The notes: generated from the letters alone by a model not told the origin. Numbered from the stretch's first letter, positions 12,146 through 26,415 are shown. The stretch: DNA of 64,000 bases from Eledone cirrhosa (GCA_964016885.1 OZ024740.1:61442001-61506000); one strand, 5' to 3'. Translations and numbers: made by a program.

Positions 12146-13605
12146 TAAAAAGTACCACAGACGCTCTTTTCCTTGTACGACAACTACAGGAGAAGTACCT
12201 AGCTAAAAGTAAACCCTTCTACTTAGCTTTTGTTGACTTGGAGAAAGCCTTTGACAGAGTCCCCTGCTCCATTGTCTGGTGGGCTTTTAGAAAACTAGGT
12301 GTTGATGAATGGCTTGTGAGAGCTATACAAGCCATGTATAAAGAAACAGTCAGCAAGGTTAGAATTAACAACGAATATAGTGAAGAATTTAGCATAAAAG
12401 TTGGTGTTCATCAGGGCTTTGTCCTTAGTCTCCTCCTATTTATTTATATTGCCCTTCAGGCTATAACAGAGGAGTTTAAGACTGGCTGCCCATGGGAATT
12501 TCTATACGCAGATGATCTAATGCTCATAGCTGAATCAATGGCTGAACTAGAGAAGAAATTCCAAACATGGAAGCATGGCCTAGAATCAAAAGGTCTTAAA
12601 ATTAACTTGTCTAAGACTAAAGTTCTAGTATGTAGGAAGGAAAATAGGGCACTGGTCCCCTCTGGGAAATGGCCATGCTCAGTGTGTAGGAAAGGAGTGA
12701 GCAGAAACTCCATTTTATGTCCCAAATGCAAAGTATGGGTGCATAAAAGATGTAGTAGGATCACAGGTAAGCTAACTAAGAACATAGATTTTATATGTGG
12801 CCGGTGCTCAGGTGCAATAAGTAATAGCAAGTGCCCACAGGATACTAGCTCCTTCCATTGCCCAGATGGTTCTATAGAAATAGTGGACACCTTCCATTAT
12901 CTGGGTGACAAAATCAGCAGTGATGGAGGGTGCTCTGAAAGTACAGTAGCTAGAGTCAGAATGGGATGGAAAAAGTTCAGAGAGCTTATACCACTATTGG
13001 CCGCTAAAGGTTTCTCTCTAAAAATGAAAGGCAGACTGTATGATGCCTGCATACGAACAGCGATGTTACATGGCAGTGAGACATGGGCATTGTGTGCAGA
13101 GGATCTGTGCAGACTGGAGAGGAACGAAGCTTGCATGCTCCGTTGGATGTGTAATAGTAATATACGTGAACGGCAAAGCATAAATGAACTAAGGGAGAAA
13201 TTAGGAATAAGAGGGATCAGATGCTGTTTACTCTCCAAGACAATATCACTGAACCGAGATCTTTGGCGCTACGCAGTAATACTACCCCACCCCTTTCTCT
13301 GTAAAGTTATGTTGGTACCACAACATCCAGTCCTAAATAAATGAGGTCATGTAGGTGTCATGACAAAAAAAAACAAAAACGCACAGTTGACGCTGTAATG
13401 TGGCCGTGTCGGTAACACGGTAAAGACCTCCCAGTCCACACTGTAAATGTGGTTGGTGTTAGGAAGGGCATTCAGCCGTAGAAAACCTGCCAGACAGTCC
13501 TATACGAGCAAGACAACCAATCTTGCCTCACGTGGGACAATTCCCATCTAAACCCATGCTAGCGTGGAAGACAGATGTTAAATGATGATGATGATGATGA
13601 TGATG
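12146..13605 (+). mobile_element. 5'-truncated RTE LINE with RT and PHD finger and an internal deletion near the C-terminus
   Basis: 402-aa ORF 12136..13344, with a 3' UTR like the copy at 669-1412 and a (GAT)n tail. Confidence 0.93.
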
Positions 13606-13979
13606 TGCGCATGTGTGTGAGTGAATGCATGAATATGTGTGCATGTATACAATATTTTAGAGGAAAAGATTCATGATCATTTTAAATCCATGGGCCAACA
13701 GTAGATAGGTTAAACATCACCTATTCCCATAAAAACAAGTAGAGAGGGGACAAAAGAGAGAGCGAAGGAGATATGGGGAAGGGGAGAGAGAGGGGGGGTA
13801 ACGAGAAATACAAGCAGACAGAGACAACGAGAAAAAGAGTTTCAGAGAGAGATAAAACATCTTTATATATATGTGTGTGTATGTGTGTGTGACTGTATCC
13901 TGCATACTAACACAATGGATATTGCTTTATTGCTCAAGACATAAGAAGAAAATATATAAAAGATCACACAGGTACTTAC

Positions 13980-14069
13980 CGTTTTACCAAGCAGATCATC
14001 AGCACTGATACTCATTCTTAGTCTTGCAGTGTTGGTTTTCAGTTTGGAGATTATCGGCCGAGTTGTCTG
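13980..14069 (-). CDS. PLEKHA7: Exon (QTTRPIISKLKTNTARLRMSISADDLLGKT)
   Basis: CAGCAG acceptor and gtaagt donor. SISA.DLLG.T runs into HEELVLLLIQLRR, as I recall from invertebrate kramer-like proteins. Confidence 0.88.
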
Positions 14070-14471
14070 CTGCCAAATCAAAACAGTATGAAAAGTTATG
14101 GCTAATTTCACTTACAGGTGATTACTATTAATAAAGGGTTTTAGATATAAATGTTTCTTTCGTTTTTCTATTTTTATTTACTTTAGTCAGTGTGAACTGA
14201 AATACTCAATTACATTACACCCCACCTCTTAATTTACAAAAAAAATATATACAAATAAATAAAAAATATCAAAATAAAATAAAGCCCCTTCTAGTAACAG
14301 GACGGCTGGTTATTTGAAACAACTATTTATGCTTGCTACAATAAACACAAAGCTACTGGTTAACAGCAGCTTTCTATCAGATTTATTATATTCAAACTGA
14401 TGGAAAAGCTAATAATAGCCTTATAATAGAACTTGATAACACACTTGCCTTTATTTAGACTGCCCCCATTT

Positions 14472-15172
14472 TATTTTTACTGTTTAGTCAGGAAGAGAAT
14501 AGCAGTGGCCTTGACCATTTTCAGAGACTGAGACTGGTAAGAGGGAGAAAGGAAAGTATCTGCAAATCAGAGACCTCCACAGAGTGGATGCAGCTAAAGG
14601 CATAGACAGCAGATTACGTTTACCACCAAATAATCAGGTGGTAATGTAAAACTGGACAACAGATTAAGTTTACCACTCAAGGGCCAGATGATGGTGTTAC
14701 ACCAAACAGATTGTCTACCATTCAAGGCCCAGATGCTGTTAAACTGGACAACAGATTAAGTCTCTCACCCAAGGGTCAGATGATGGTGTTAAACTGGACA
14801 ACATATTAAGTCTACTATACAGGTAAGCCACAGTAGAATTTGAATTAAGAATGTTAAATGATGAAACAAATACTGCAAGCATTTTATTTGAGGCTTTCAC
14901 AATTCTGCCAACCCACAGTACTGGATTTGTAATTTATCAACCTTGAAGAGATGAACGATAAAGTTGACTTCTTCAGGATTTCAGTTGTAGACCGAATCAG
15001 TCACCTGGTTTAACACTGATACCTAGCCCTTCAGTGTTTTTAGCAGAGTTTGCTTTGTTGTAAGCATCTGGGCCAAGTCTCTGGTTAGAGGACATCTTCC
15101 TTCACCAGTCTTAGAGACTCTGAAAAGCATCATAGGCACTGCATTTCCTTTCTTGACTAAACAGTAAAAAAA
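14472..15172. mobile_element. Foldback MITE-like element with internal ~50-bp tandem repeats and a nested OK-like SINE
   Basis: Arms about 14472-14550 and 15093-15172 are imperfect inverted repeats. AAACTGGACAACAGATTAAGT units occur at 14650-14815, and a SINE at about 14825-14990. Confidence 0.65.
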
Positions 15173-16033
15173 ACCCATTAAAATAATATAAAATTCAAAT
15201 AGAGTAAATTTCTCTTCTTTATCATTTTTATTCTAATAATTGTGTAAACAAAAGGTGTACAAGTGATGTGGTGGGATCACAGGCAGATTGACAGAGGAGA
15301 AATACTTCTGATGTAGGAGATGCACAGTAGCAACGAATAGTAAGAGCACCCATAATATAAATGTTTTATGTATAGAGAGTTGCCTGGAATTAATTGATAT
15401 CTTCCATTACATAGGTATGTAAATTAGCAGTAGAAAAGAATGTTCCAAAGTTACGTTAGCCACAGTTCAAAATGTTTGCTGGCAAAAAAGAAATTCTCTC
15501 TCTCGGTGAAGGGCAGGTTATCTAACATTCAGGTCTGAAATGCAATGCTGCATGGTAGGGAAATATGTAAAGCATGGAAATAAATGAGGTAAGTGTCCTC
15601 TGTTGTATGATCAATGAGGCTCAAATGAGGAATCAGAAGTTGTGTGCATGTGAAAAGACAAAGCTACATATGATGCATATGGTAGATGATAGCTGGTGTA
15701 AAGAAGTGTAAAGTAATCGAAATGGAAGAAACCCGTGAAAGAAGATCAAGGCAGGCATATGGTAAAAACTGATCATTGGAAGCTGAACCTCAGAAAGGAG
15801 ATTACAAAGGATTGTAACAAGTGGTGAGACACTGTGCTGTGGAAAATCTGTTCAATCCATGTGAGCATGGGAAAACATTTGAAAGATGATGTTGATAATA
15901 TGATTACTTCAACAATTATATATAGTGTACATTGTCATCCTTTTCAATTACAACCATTAACTATCTTATGAGGTTACAAACTTTATTTAATAAATTATCC
16001 AAACATAAAAGCATACACTTGAATGTATATTAA

Positions 16034-16237
16034 CCCTTTAGCATTTAATTACTCTATATTTACTATTATATTTTCACGGTAAAGGCTTTACCTCACATAA
16101 TAAGGAATCTAGGAGATTTTGATATTTATTTTGAGAATAATACCTTAACAATAGTATGAGTGGCTAGTTATCGCTGGTTTGAACAGAAAGAGGTGAGTCA
16201 TTTCTGGCCGGATATAACCGGTTTAGATGCTAAAGGG
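16034..16237. mobile_element. piggyBac-type MITE
   Basis: TTAA|CCCTTTAGCATTT...GATGCTAAAGGG|TTAA. Related copies at about 19160-19385, 20179-20380, 24779-25113, 54659-54848 and 57546-58331. Confidence 0.85.
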
Positions 16238-17281
16238 TTAAAACTCTAGCAAAGCTTTCCAAATGCTAAGAGAGGTCACTGACTAACAAGTATGTCTTAA
16301 TCTAGACAGCCTGGTATTTGTAAAAATATAATTTAAGAGTGTATTGCTTAAAGCAGACTTAAATAAGCAGTTCAAAGTTTTGACAGTGAAAACAAATATT
16401 TGTCAAGCTACCTGAAATATTTTAAAACAATTCAAAAAGGCTTCCATTGCCTTTTTATAAACATTTATGTATGAAAGCATTGAAGTGTCAGATGCAGCAC
16501 AGAGGCTGTATTTAGTTTTGCCTGTATACATTTTTGAGTTCATAAAAAACATTTACCCCAATTCCCATGGCATGTTTTCTACTATTGTCTTAGGCTGAAT
16601 TTAACAGGTAGAAACTGTAAGGAAGCACGCATGCACTGTGCGTGTGTGTCAGTCAGTCACCGTGAACATCTTCACATCAATACCATTTAAAAAGCAAGCA
16701 GTGACGTTCATTTCTATCTCTTATTACATATCATATTGCTATGGTTCAACAACTGCCAGCTGTATAAATATAATACTTTAAAAATACGAGGGTTTGGTAT
16801 CAGAAACATAAACCAGTTGTAGAAAAACTATATAAAATAAATATTCAATCCATGCAAGCGTAGAAGCAGATGTACAAATGACAATGATAACTAAATCAAC
16901 TTTAATTTCTATCTGACTTGAGTGAATAAAATGGCTGATAAGAATTGTTCAAATAATTTAATAGAAAGAAAGAAAATCTATACAGTGTAATTTCAACAGA
17001 TGTTTCATGGCAAGTAATTGTTTTATACTTTTAAAAGTGATTAGTAAAAAATAAATAAATGAATCAATAAATATAAAATGATTCAAAAGAATTTCAGAAC
17101 ATAATAGAATCAAAATGTCTGGCGAATTCTTAAATAAAAATTTGTTATGTTTTAACCCCTTAAATCTTGATCTCCTGCCACTTGTGTGGTCTCCAACTCA
17201 CATGAAAATAAGCAAAACAACATAATTACTTAAAACTGAAATATATATATATATATATTTATATATACACACACATATATA

Positions 17282-17372
17282 CAGGGTGTCCCACAAAAAT
17301 GTATACATTATTCTAACAAATATTGGCTGTGCGGGTAATCAAAGTATGTATACATTTTTTGGGGACACCCCA
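17282..17372. mobile_element. 91-bp Tc1/mariner mini-MITE
   Basis: TA|CAGGGTGTCCCACAAAAATGTATACAT...ATGTATACATTTTTTGGGGACACCCCA|TA. Confidence 0.75.
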
Positions 17373-18758
17373 TATTATAAACATATGAATATAACAAGAA
17401 TCATGCCATACTGAAGAACTCAAGCTAAAGAAATTATGTAAAATAAATCGCTGAATCATGCAGATGGAGGTGTAAATAAGATTAATAAACAGGACATTAA
17501 ATGATGGTGTAGGGTATTTGATTCACAATCGTGAGGTCGTGAGTTCGATTCCTGGCAACGGGTTGTGTCCTTGAGCAAGACACTTTATTTCACATTGCTC
17601 CAGTTCACTCAGCTGGCAAAAATGAGTTGTACCTGTAATTCGAAAGGCCAGCCTTGTCACATTCTGAATCTCCCCGAGTGTATGCGTGTTTGTGGAATAC
17701 TCAGCTACTCGCACATTAATTTCACAAGCAGGCTGTTCCATTCATCGTATCAACAGGAATACTCATCGTCGTAACTCATGGAATGCCATCATATATGTTA
17801 TGTATGAGCCAGATGTGGTTCTCCAACCCATCTAGTCTTGGACCATGACAACCCATCCAAACCATCTCAGCATGGAAAATGATTATAATGATGAAGATGA
17901 TAAAGTGCACAGCAGAATGAAATACCAGGCCGGCAGAGGTAGTCAATCATCTGGGCCACTAGGTTCATACACTGTTAACATCCAATTTTCCTAACTTGAC
18001 ATATTACAATAGGCATGTAGTACAACCAATTAAGTAGCTCAATACTGTATCTGTGGAATCATTAATTTCAAGGTGTTTGTAAGATACAAATTATATTTTA
18101 AATGTCACTACAAGAGCCAATTGTAATACTTTGTCAAGCAATAATATCATAGATGAGCCTTCATCATTTTTACATTTGCTTTTTCCATGCCATCACATGT
18201 TAGAAAAAAAAAAAAAAAACCTTTTGATGTATGCTGTTTATTTCACTGATCTTCACATCCTGAATCACGAAGCTGCAGGACATAAACAAATGTCACTGGT
18301 TGTTTCAAGCAATGTCAAATATGTGCACATGCAAGCGTGCATTCACATGCACACACACACACACATGGATGGGTTTCTGCAGAGTTTCTGTCTACAAAAT
18401 TTTCCTTACATTTGTCAGCCAAAATACTATAGTAGAAGATACTTGACTAAAATGCCAAGCATTGGAATTGAAACCGAAATTAGATGGTTTTAAACCAAAC
18501 TTGTTAACCAACCAGTCATGTGTCTAGGTTACTAAAATGAAATTAAGATAATGACATTTCCTAATAGCAAAGGAAACCTCATTTAAATTAACGAGGATGT
18601 AAAACCGATGATGATGATTATTAAAAGATAAAACTTATTACATTTGTTATTGATTTTTCAAAAAATGTTCCAATTTTAAAACCTGCTTTATGTTGTCACT
18701 GTGCTAATACTAAAATATACAGTACATAATATGATATAATGAACTAAAATTTTCTTAC

Positions 18759-18892
18759 TATCACTTCTTCATCTGGCATATTGGGATCTTCTTTAACAGT
18801 ACTCATGTTTCTCTGAAGTTGTTGGTTTCTATTGTAAACAGGAGTTATAGTTTCACTTTGCAAAGGTGGTTGCATGTAGCTTACATGATCTT
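18759..18892 (-). CDS. PLEKHA7: Exon (EDHVSYMQPPLQSETITPVYNRNQQLQRNMSTVKEDPNMPDEEVI)
   Basis: tttcag and gtaaga splice sites. Phase 1 in, phase 0 out. Lies inside ORF 18744..18950. Confidence 0.78.
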
Positions 18893-19925
18893 CTGAAATA
18901 TTCATAAAAAGGAAGTAGGATACAGAATGAAAATGGTAAAATTCTAACAATAAACAAGTGTTTTAAGGCCATTTTTCTCTGTTAAAGCAGGGATTAACTT
19001 TGCAGGCCCCATACTAATCATTGGGATACTTAAGACTTAATGCCTGAAAATGCAATCTTCTGTTGATTTTTTTCTTTTTGTACCTATTGCCGCCCCTGCA
19101 GGAACAGGTACAGTCTATCTGAAACTTTCTGCACTATTTCCATCTATCCAATTTTATTTACAGTGTATTTTCATCTTTAAACATTACTCTATATTTACTA
19201 TTATATTTTCATGGTAAAGGCTTTACCTCACATAATTATATCACATAATATTGAATAGATGAGATTTTGATATTTATTTTGAGAAATAACATTAACATCA
19301 GTATGTGTGGTTGGTTACAGCCAGTTTGAACAGAAAGAGGTAAGAGTATTCTGGCCAGGTATGACTGGTTTAAATGCTGAAGGGTTAAAGTAGGTGGTGG
19401 TGTTTGTTTACATCTCCCCACATAATCAATGTGTCTCAGCTACAAGGTTTGGCAAAGATCGGTATATACCATACAAATAAAGTTTTGGTTGGACTAAGAA
19501 AGAACATCCATTTATAGAAAAAAAATGCCTTAAAAAAGGCTTATTTAACCCATGCCAACATGAAATAGTGGACATGCTGCTGCCACTGCTGTAAGTGGTG
19601 GTATCAGCTTACTTATGCTACAGGAAGTTGATACTTAACATAAAACTGGTTTGGCAAATTTAAAACTTTGGCAGGTATTTTATACCTGAATGTGAGACAG
19701 TAGGAAATGATACTGAGGCATATTAATATCTCTTCCTTAACGAGGAAGCTAACCAATACAACTGATATGAAAATATTTGCAGAGTGTTGCTGCAGTCCTT
19801 TATTTATACACCATGGTTATATAAATAACCTGTCATTCATGATAGAATCTTACATATGATGGGGGAATAAGGTCTACCATCTTTGTTGTCATAATATTTG
19901 GTAAATGAAAACTATGAGACAACAT

Positions 19926-20123
19926 ATGAGGGAGGGCTGAAAAGTTCATAGGCTGACTACGAAGGATTGATACTAGTGTTGTGACATCTTGCATACATTA
20001 ATTTCAACTCTTCTTAATAACTGCATTGTTTCTTTCCAGGGAGTATGTTAAAAAATAAACTTTATTTCGTCATTTCATGACAGTACCTTGGTCAGCCTAT
20101 GAACTTTTTAGCCAACCTCCATA
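19926..20123. mobile_element. mariner-type MITE
   Basis: Terminal inverted repeats GAGGG.GGGCTGAAAAGTTCATAGGCTGAC / GTCAGCCTATGAACTTTTTAGCC.ACCTC with TA flanks. Confidence 0.75.
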
Positions 20124-20178
20124 GGAGACCATATACAATCATTCAGTCTATGAGAAATAGAAATAAAACTTTCTTTAA

Positions 20179-20380
20179 CTCTTTAGCATTTGCATTACTC
20201 TATATTTACTATTGTATTTTCATGGTAAACACTTTATCTGACATAATTATTTTACATAAATTTACATAAATTTATGAGATTTATTTTACATAAATTTATG
20301 AGATTTTGATATTCATTTTGAGAACAATATATCAACATAAGTATGAGCAGCCGGTTATGGCCGGTTTAAATGCTAAAGGG
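20179..20380. mobile_element. piggyBac-type MITE copy
   Basis: TTAA-flanked, with the same termini and body as 16034-16237. Confidence 0.8.
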
Positions 20381-20869
20381 TTAAATCATACCCTACTGAG
20401 AGCCAATGAGAGAACCTCTATATAGTTGGCCGACAAGCTAGAGAAAACAGCTAAATAGCTTTTAAATTACACCCCCTCTTTTTTTTATAAAAGGAAATAG
20501 ATTAAATAATGTAGCCCTATATACCCCTAAAACAATAGATAATCACAGCTAGAATGCTTTTAATCCCTGGATTACTCAATCAGTGTTGACCTAGTCAAAC
20601 AACTACAACTACTATGACTACAAATAATGGATATTATGTTTGATCATAATACCATCGTCACTTTCCATGCTGGCATGGGTTGGATGGGTTACTACAGTCT
20701 GTGTCAGTTTTTATTTGGAGTTACTACCCTTCTAGATAGACAAGAGGAACATGTCTCGCTTGTTAGTGTCTATGCTCTTCATCACACCAACAACCATAAG
20801 TGCTGGACAGAATGCTTTTTATCATTTTTTCATGCTCAGAGTTGCTGAAGCATGGAACAGCATCAGTTA

Positions 20870-21085
20870 TTAGCTGTCGAGACACTGCATCCTTTAAAAC
20901 CTCCATGCTTCCTGAGATTCGCCAACACTACACCTAATATTCCCTCTCCATACACACGCACACATGTATATCATGACTCATACACTTCCCTGACATTTGT
21001 ATATTATTCTATGTACTATACATACACCTTTGACGAGTTGTAGTGCACCTGAGCACTGTACACAATAATTTCATTATTATTATTA
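20870..21085 (+). mobile_element. CR1 LINE 3' end fragment
   Basis: Matches the 3' end of the 26.8-30.2 kb element and ends GTGCACCTGAGCACTGTACACAATAATTTCATTATT. Confidence 0.85.
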
Positions 21086-21903
21086 TAAAAATCACAAATG
21101 AAGTTGTAATTTCTTAATGTTATCTCCATTTGATTGAGAACTACTTTACAGAATGTACTGTGCGCATTTTAACATGACACCAACACTAGAGAGGTTTTTG
21201 TCCCCCTGTCTCCCCTACCATACTATCACCTTTTCACATTCACATTCATGTCCACCTTGACTCAGTCTGTTGCAGTTAACTATTCTAGATCTGAGGAGTA
21301 TTCTCCACAGCTCAGTGAACTAAGGTAAATGACAAATAAATGTAATGCTCAGAAACATATTGAAATGACAGGAGTGGATTTGAACTCATGATCTCTGAGC
21401 TGTTATTTCAATTACCTTATCTGTTTAGCTACCTTACCTACATTAGAGACGATTATTACCTCGCTATTGAAAACGTCAGTTGTGAGAATCTAACTCTCAC
21501 ACACATACAAAAGGACTGATGACACCAACGACTTGTAAAGTTTGAGTTTCGTTGGAAAACTGATAGAGTTGCTTTTCCATATGACATTCAGCTTTACCAT
21601 GGCATGTCTTCCTGTCTTCTAAAGGCAATATTTAGTAATATTTTCTTTAAATATTTACTTCTGCATCTACAGATGAATTTTTCTCAGTTTAAGATGAACC
21701 CACTTAGGGTGAAAGCAGAAATCCATTGCTTATACTTTCAATCTGTACTAAAGAGAAATATTTGCTCTACGAGTTTATATATACTTATATATACAACTTT
21801 TACCGGATCCTCTTTGGATTTGGTCTTTGTAATATATATATATATATAAACATATAAATACACACAGATATATATACACACATATATACATATATATACT
21901 CAG

Positions 21904-21934
<31 letters not shown>

Positions 21935-22526
21935 GATATATATATATATATACACACATATATGTTAGCGTGGAAGATAGACGTTAAACGATGATGATGA
22001 TGATACATATATATATATACACACATATACACTCACATATATATATACATATACACACATATATATACATATACACACATATCTAAACCCATGCTAGCAT
22101 GGAAGATAGGCATCAAACAATGATGATGATGATATATATATATATACACAGATATATATATATATATATACACATACATTCACTCATATATATACACATA
22201 CATACACTACACATACATACACTCGTATATATAGACATATATAAAAATATAAATATATACATATCTTTATTGCAATTTAATGTCCACCTTCCATGCTAGC
22301 ATGGGTTAGACAGATTGTTCCATTTGAGGCAGGTTGGGTCAGGTGACCATATCCTACTCATACAGAACTGTTTCTGGCTAGATTTTTACAGCTGAATGCC
22401 CTTCCTAATGTCAACCACATTTACAGTGTGTACTAGGTGTTTTTTTGATATGACTCATACACAACCATTTTACAGTGTGGACTGGGTGCTTTTTGTCACG
22501 ACTCCTACTTTACATATATATATATC

Positions 22527-22741
22527 TAGTATAAACGAGGTTTCATACACTTAGCATGTATGTGCGACCATTGGTTTCAGGGTCCAGTTATGGCCTCCAC
22601 TGTATATTGGAGGAGGCAGTTTTAAAGTAGCCCTTCATTTGTTTAAAAGTGCTTCCTCCAATATACAGTGGTGGCCATAACTGGACCCTGAAATCAATGG
22701 TAGCACATATGTGTTAAGTGAATGAATGTTTGTTTATACTA
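22527..22741. repeat. ~215-bp near-perfect palindrome (hairpin MITE)
   Basis: CCATTGGTTTCAGGGTCCAGTTATGGCC.CCACTGTATATTGGAGGA and its reverse complement, around a short loop. Confidence 0.85.
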
Positions 22742-22877
22742 AATAAGATCTCTTGCAACAGATTGAATACTGTTTTCCTTGATCTTTCATCTACACACAC
22801 ACATACATATATAGATACACACACACACACATACATATATACACACACACACACACATATATACACACACACACACA

Positions 22878-24158
22878 CATCATCATCATCATTTTACGTC
22901 CGCTTTTCCCTGCTTGCAAGGGTGGGACGGGTCTTATTCAGCACAGCATCTCTCCACTCGTCACGGTCCCTCGTCATCTCCACCGTGAGCTTCAATGATC
23001 TGAGGTCTGTTCTCACCACCTCCGCTCATGTTTTTCGTGGTCTACCTCTACCACGTCTTCCTTCAACTGGCATTTCCTGGCACTTCTTTACCCATCGGTC
23101 ATCCTCCATGCGCATCACATGTCCATACCACCTCAGTCTCCTCTCCCATACACTACATTCTATCCCTCTCAGACACAGTTTCTCTCTCAACACATTTATG
23201 CTGGGTCGTTCACGCACATTTACACTGCACATCCAACGGAGCATGCTTGCCTCATTTCTCTCCAGCCGTCGCATATCTTCTGCGGTTGCTGCCCATGTCT
23301 CACTACCATGCAGCATCGCGCTCCTCACACAGGCATCATACAACCGGCCTTTCGTACGCAGGGAGAAACCCTTCTTCGTCAACAGAGGAAGCAGCTCCCT
23401 AAACTTCTTCCAACCCGTCCTTATTCTAGATACTATGGCCTCGGAACACCCTCCTCCCATGCTAATCTGATCTAGGTACCGGAAGCTATCCACCACTTCT
23501 ATAGCGCCCTCTCGCATTTGAAAAATGTGTCTATCAGTGCGACTTCTACTGTCTAATTTCCCTGTACATCTACTGCATACATATTTCTCCCTACCTGTTA
23601 GTTTGCCTGCTATCCCGCTACATCTCTTGTGTACCCAGGACCTACATTGTGTGCATTTTATAGAATTTATGCCAGTTCCTTTTCTGCATATCGAACATGG
23701 CCATTTCCCTGACGGAATCAGGGTTTTGTCCTCTTTTCTACTCATCAACACTTTTGTCTTAGCTAGATTTACTCTCAGTCCTCTTGCTTCCAACTGCTGT
23801 TTCCATAGCCGGAATTTATTCTCTAGCTCCTCTACTGATTCTGCCATAAGAGCCAGATCGTCAGCATAGAGAAGTTCCCATGGACAGCCAGTCTTAAACT
23901 CCTCTGTTATGGCTTGGAGGACTATAATGAACAAGAGCGGGCTGAGGACCGAACCCTGATGTACTCCTACTTGTATCTGGAATTCCTCACTAAACTCCAT
24001 TCCTACCCTGACTTTACTGAGAGTACCTCTGTACAAAGTTTGCACTGTCCTTACAAGCCATTCCTCAACACCCAGCTTCCTTAGGGACCACCAGATGACA
24101 GATCGGGGTACCCTATCAAAGGCCTTCTCTAGGTTAACAAAGGCTAAGTATAGTGGCT
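22878..24158 (-). mobile_element. 5'-truncated RTE LINE (short-tail subfamily) inserted in a (TA/CA)n tract
   Basis: RT and PHD finger in ORF 23026..24447 (the N-terminal CVYIYI part is microsatellite). The tail follows the ORF end directly. Confidence 0.93.
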
Positions 24159-24413
24159 TATACACACACACACATACATACACACACATATATATATATA
24201 TACACACACATATATATATATACACACACACATATATATATATATATACACACACATATATATATATATACACACACATACATATATATATACACACACA
24301 TATATATATATACACACACATATATATATATACACACACATATATATATATACACACACATATATATATATACACACATATATATATATACACACATATA
24401 TATATATACACAC

Positions 24414-24463
<50 letters not shown>

Positions 24464-24470
24464 TTATATA

Positions 24471-24505
<35 letters not shown>

Positions 24506-25563
24506 TCATCCTAACCTGTCAAATCTCAGAATGTCACAACAAATCTAATCTATGTCAGAATGAGACATAAACCTGTCTAATAACTGAAGCCAATATAAGA
24601 AATATATATTTTAAACTATAATATGAAAATAAATAAAAAATCTATAATAAATCAAATACTAAAACCATAAAGCCTTTGTCAGTCTCCTCAATCAATTAAA
24701 TGGCAAGTCATTACATATAAAGTTTTCCAAGCTTCTAACTTCATCTTTTTTAGTTCTCTTTTCACAATTCTTCTATCAATCTTTAGCATTTAAACCAACC
24801 ATATCCAGCCAGAATTCTCTCACCTCTTTCTGTTCAAACCGGCTGTTCATATTGATGTTAAGGTATTGTTCTCAAAATAAATAACATGAAAAGATTCAAT
24901 ATTATGTGAGGTAAACCCTTTACCATGAAAATATAATAGCAAAAATATAATCGTTTCTACTTTAGGCACAAGGCCAGCAATTTGAATGGAAGGGGAAGTC
25001 AACTAAATCAACCCCAATGCGTTATTGGTACTATAATTTATCGACCCTGTAAGGATGAAAGGCAAAGCTAACCTCAGCAGGATTAAATATAATGTAATGT
25101 AAATACTAAAGGGTTAAAGGAGAAAGCAAATTGCTACTCATAGTTGGAAGAGAAGAACATAAAAAACTCCAATGAAAGTGGTTATCTCAAACTCAAGACT
25201 GGTTGAACACATATGGTGTGAGGAAGGAAATCAGATGCTGTTTAAAATTTCAATAGAGTACAAGTATGGCTGTGTGGTTAAATAATTCCTTTTATTACAT
25301 CCCACTGTGTATCAATTTAGACAAGTGACTTCTATATTAGCCTTAGATTGAACAAATAGACTATACAAAATGTACTGGATGCATTTTATCATAGCACCAC
25401 AAGAGGAGTTGCCCCCCCCCCCCCCTCTCATCAACCTTCTACTGTGTGTGGCAAATGAGTTCTCTCGATTCTAGATCATCTCTGATCATTCAAGAAAAAT
25501 GTGTTTGTGTGAGTGATTTGAAGGTGAGTTAATACCAAAAACTATCAAATAAATTTTCCTTAC

Positions 25564-25645
25564 CTCTTTTCTCCAGTTGCATGTTAGACAAAGATATACT
25601 TTCAGGGCTGTAGTTAACATCTCTTGTATTATGCATATTTGGAGC
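25564..25645 (-). CDS. PLEKHA7: Exon (APNMHNTRDVNYSPESISLSNMQLEKR)
   Basis: tttcttttag and gtaagg splice sites. Phase 0 in and phase 1 out bridge the neighbouring exons. Confidence 0.75.
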
Positions 25646-26146
25646 CTAAAAGAAATTTACAACAGAAATTATGCATAGTCCATCCAGAAATGGTTGTTGA
25701 GTTGTTTTTCTAAATGGATATCTGTTGGCTGGCTAGCTATCAAAGGTTAACCATAAACAAACACAAAAGATTCCCAACCAAACAAATCTTATTGCACAAT
25801 AAGCTGTCAACTTTGAACAAAGTATGAGTTAGTATATAAAAACAGTAGAGCAGATATAGAATGTACTGCACTAACAGCAGAAACAGTAGTTCCAGACAGT
25901 ATGACAAGACAAGCAAGTGGAAAAGCAAGATCAAACGTAAAAAAGAAAAATATTTAATTAATACTTCTATATATACAGAGCACAATAAAAGAAGTGAAAA
26001 TTTCTAAAACAACTTTCACAACCATCCAATCAATTTCTAATAGCACTCATGCTACTACAGTTTTAAACAAATGTTTTAAAGACACTTTCTCTGCTAAAGC
26101 ACAGGTTAACCATATGGGGTGAAGGCATGTGGCCAAGTAGTTAGAG

Positions 26147-26415
26147 ATATATGCTGGCCTCCCATGCATATCTATCATTGTACGTAAAAGGAGAGTAAGA
26201 TTTGCTGGCCACTGCCATTGTACCTATGAGGCTGTGTCCCCTCTAGTGATCTGGAAACCACAAGCAGTCACTAATAACATGGGCTGCAAGCTCTCCTATC
26301 CCGATGTCATCCCCAGAGATTCTGGTATTGAAATCCAGGACTTAGCAACGGCAATGAACGACAGACACACATGGAGATCAATTGAGTCGATCTTGGCTGA
26401 GGCCATAGGATGATG
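26147..26415 (+). mobile_element. Unrelated LINE 3' fragment inserted into a tRNA-SINE head
   Basis: AGTTAGAG target duplication at 26139-26146 and 26416-26423, FAGHC-like coding remnant, GATGATGA tail. Confidence 0.6.

Noticed and set aside
14600-14820. CRISPR-like repeat-spacer appearance
   Set aside because: The intervening sequences are similar to each other (a minisatellite), the context is a eukaryotic intron, and there are no cas genes.
21510-21580. CTGATGA...CCAACGA/TCGTTGG...GAAAAC hammerhead-like string
   Set aside because: The triplet position is UUG and stem II is mis-registered. It is the antisense of an old LINE coding remnant (KLNVIWKSNSISFPTKLKLYKSLV).
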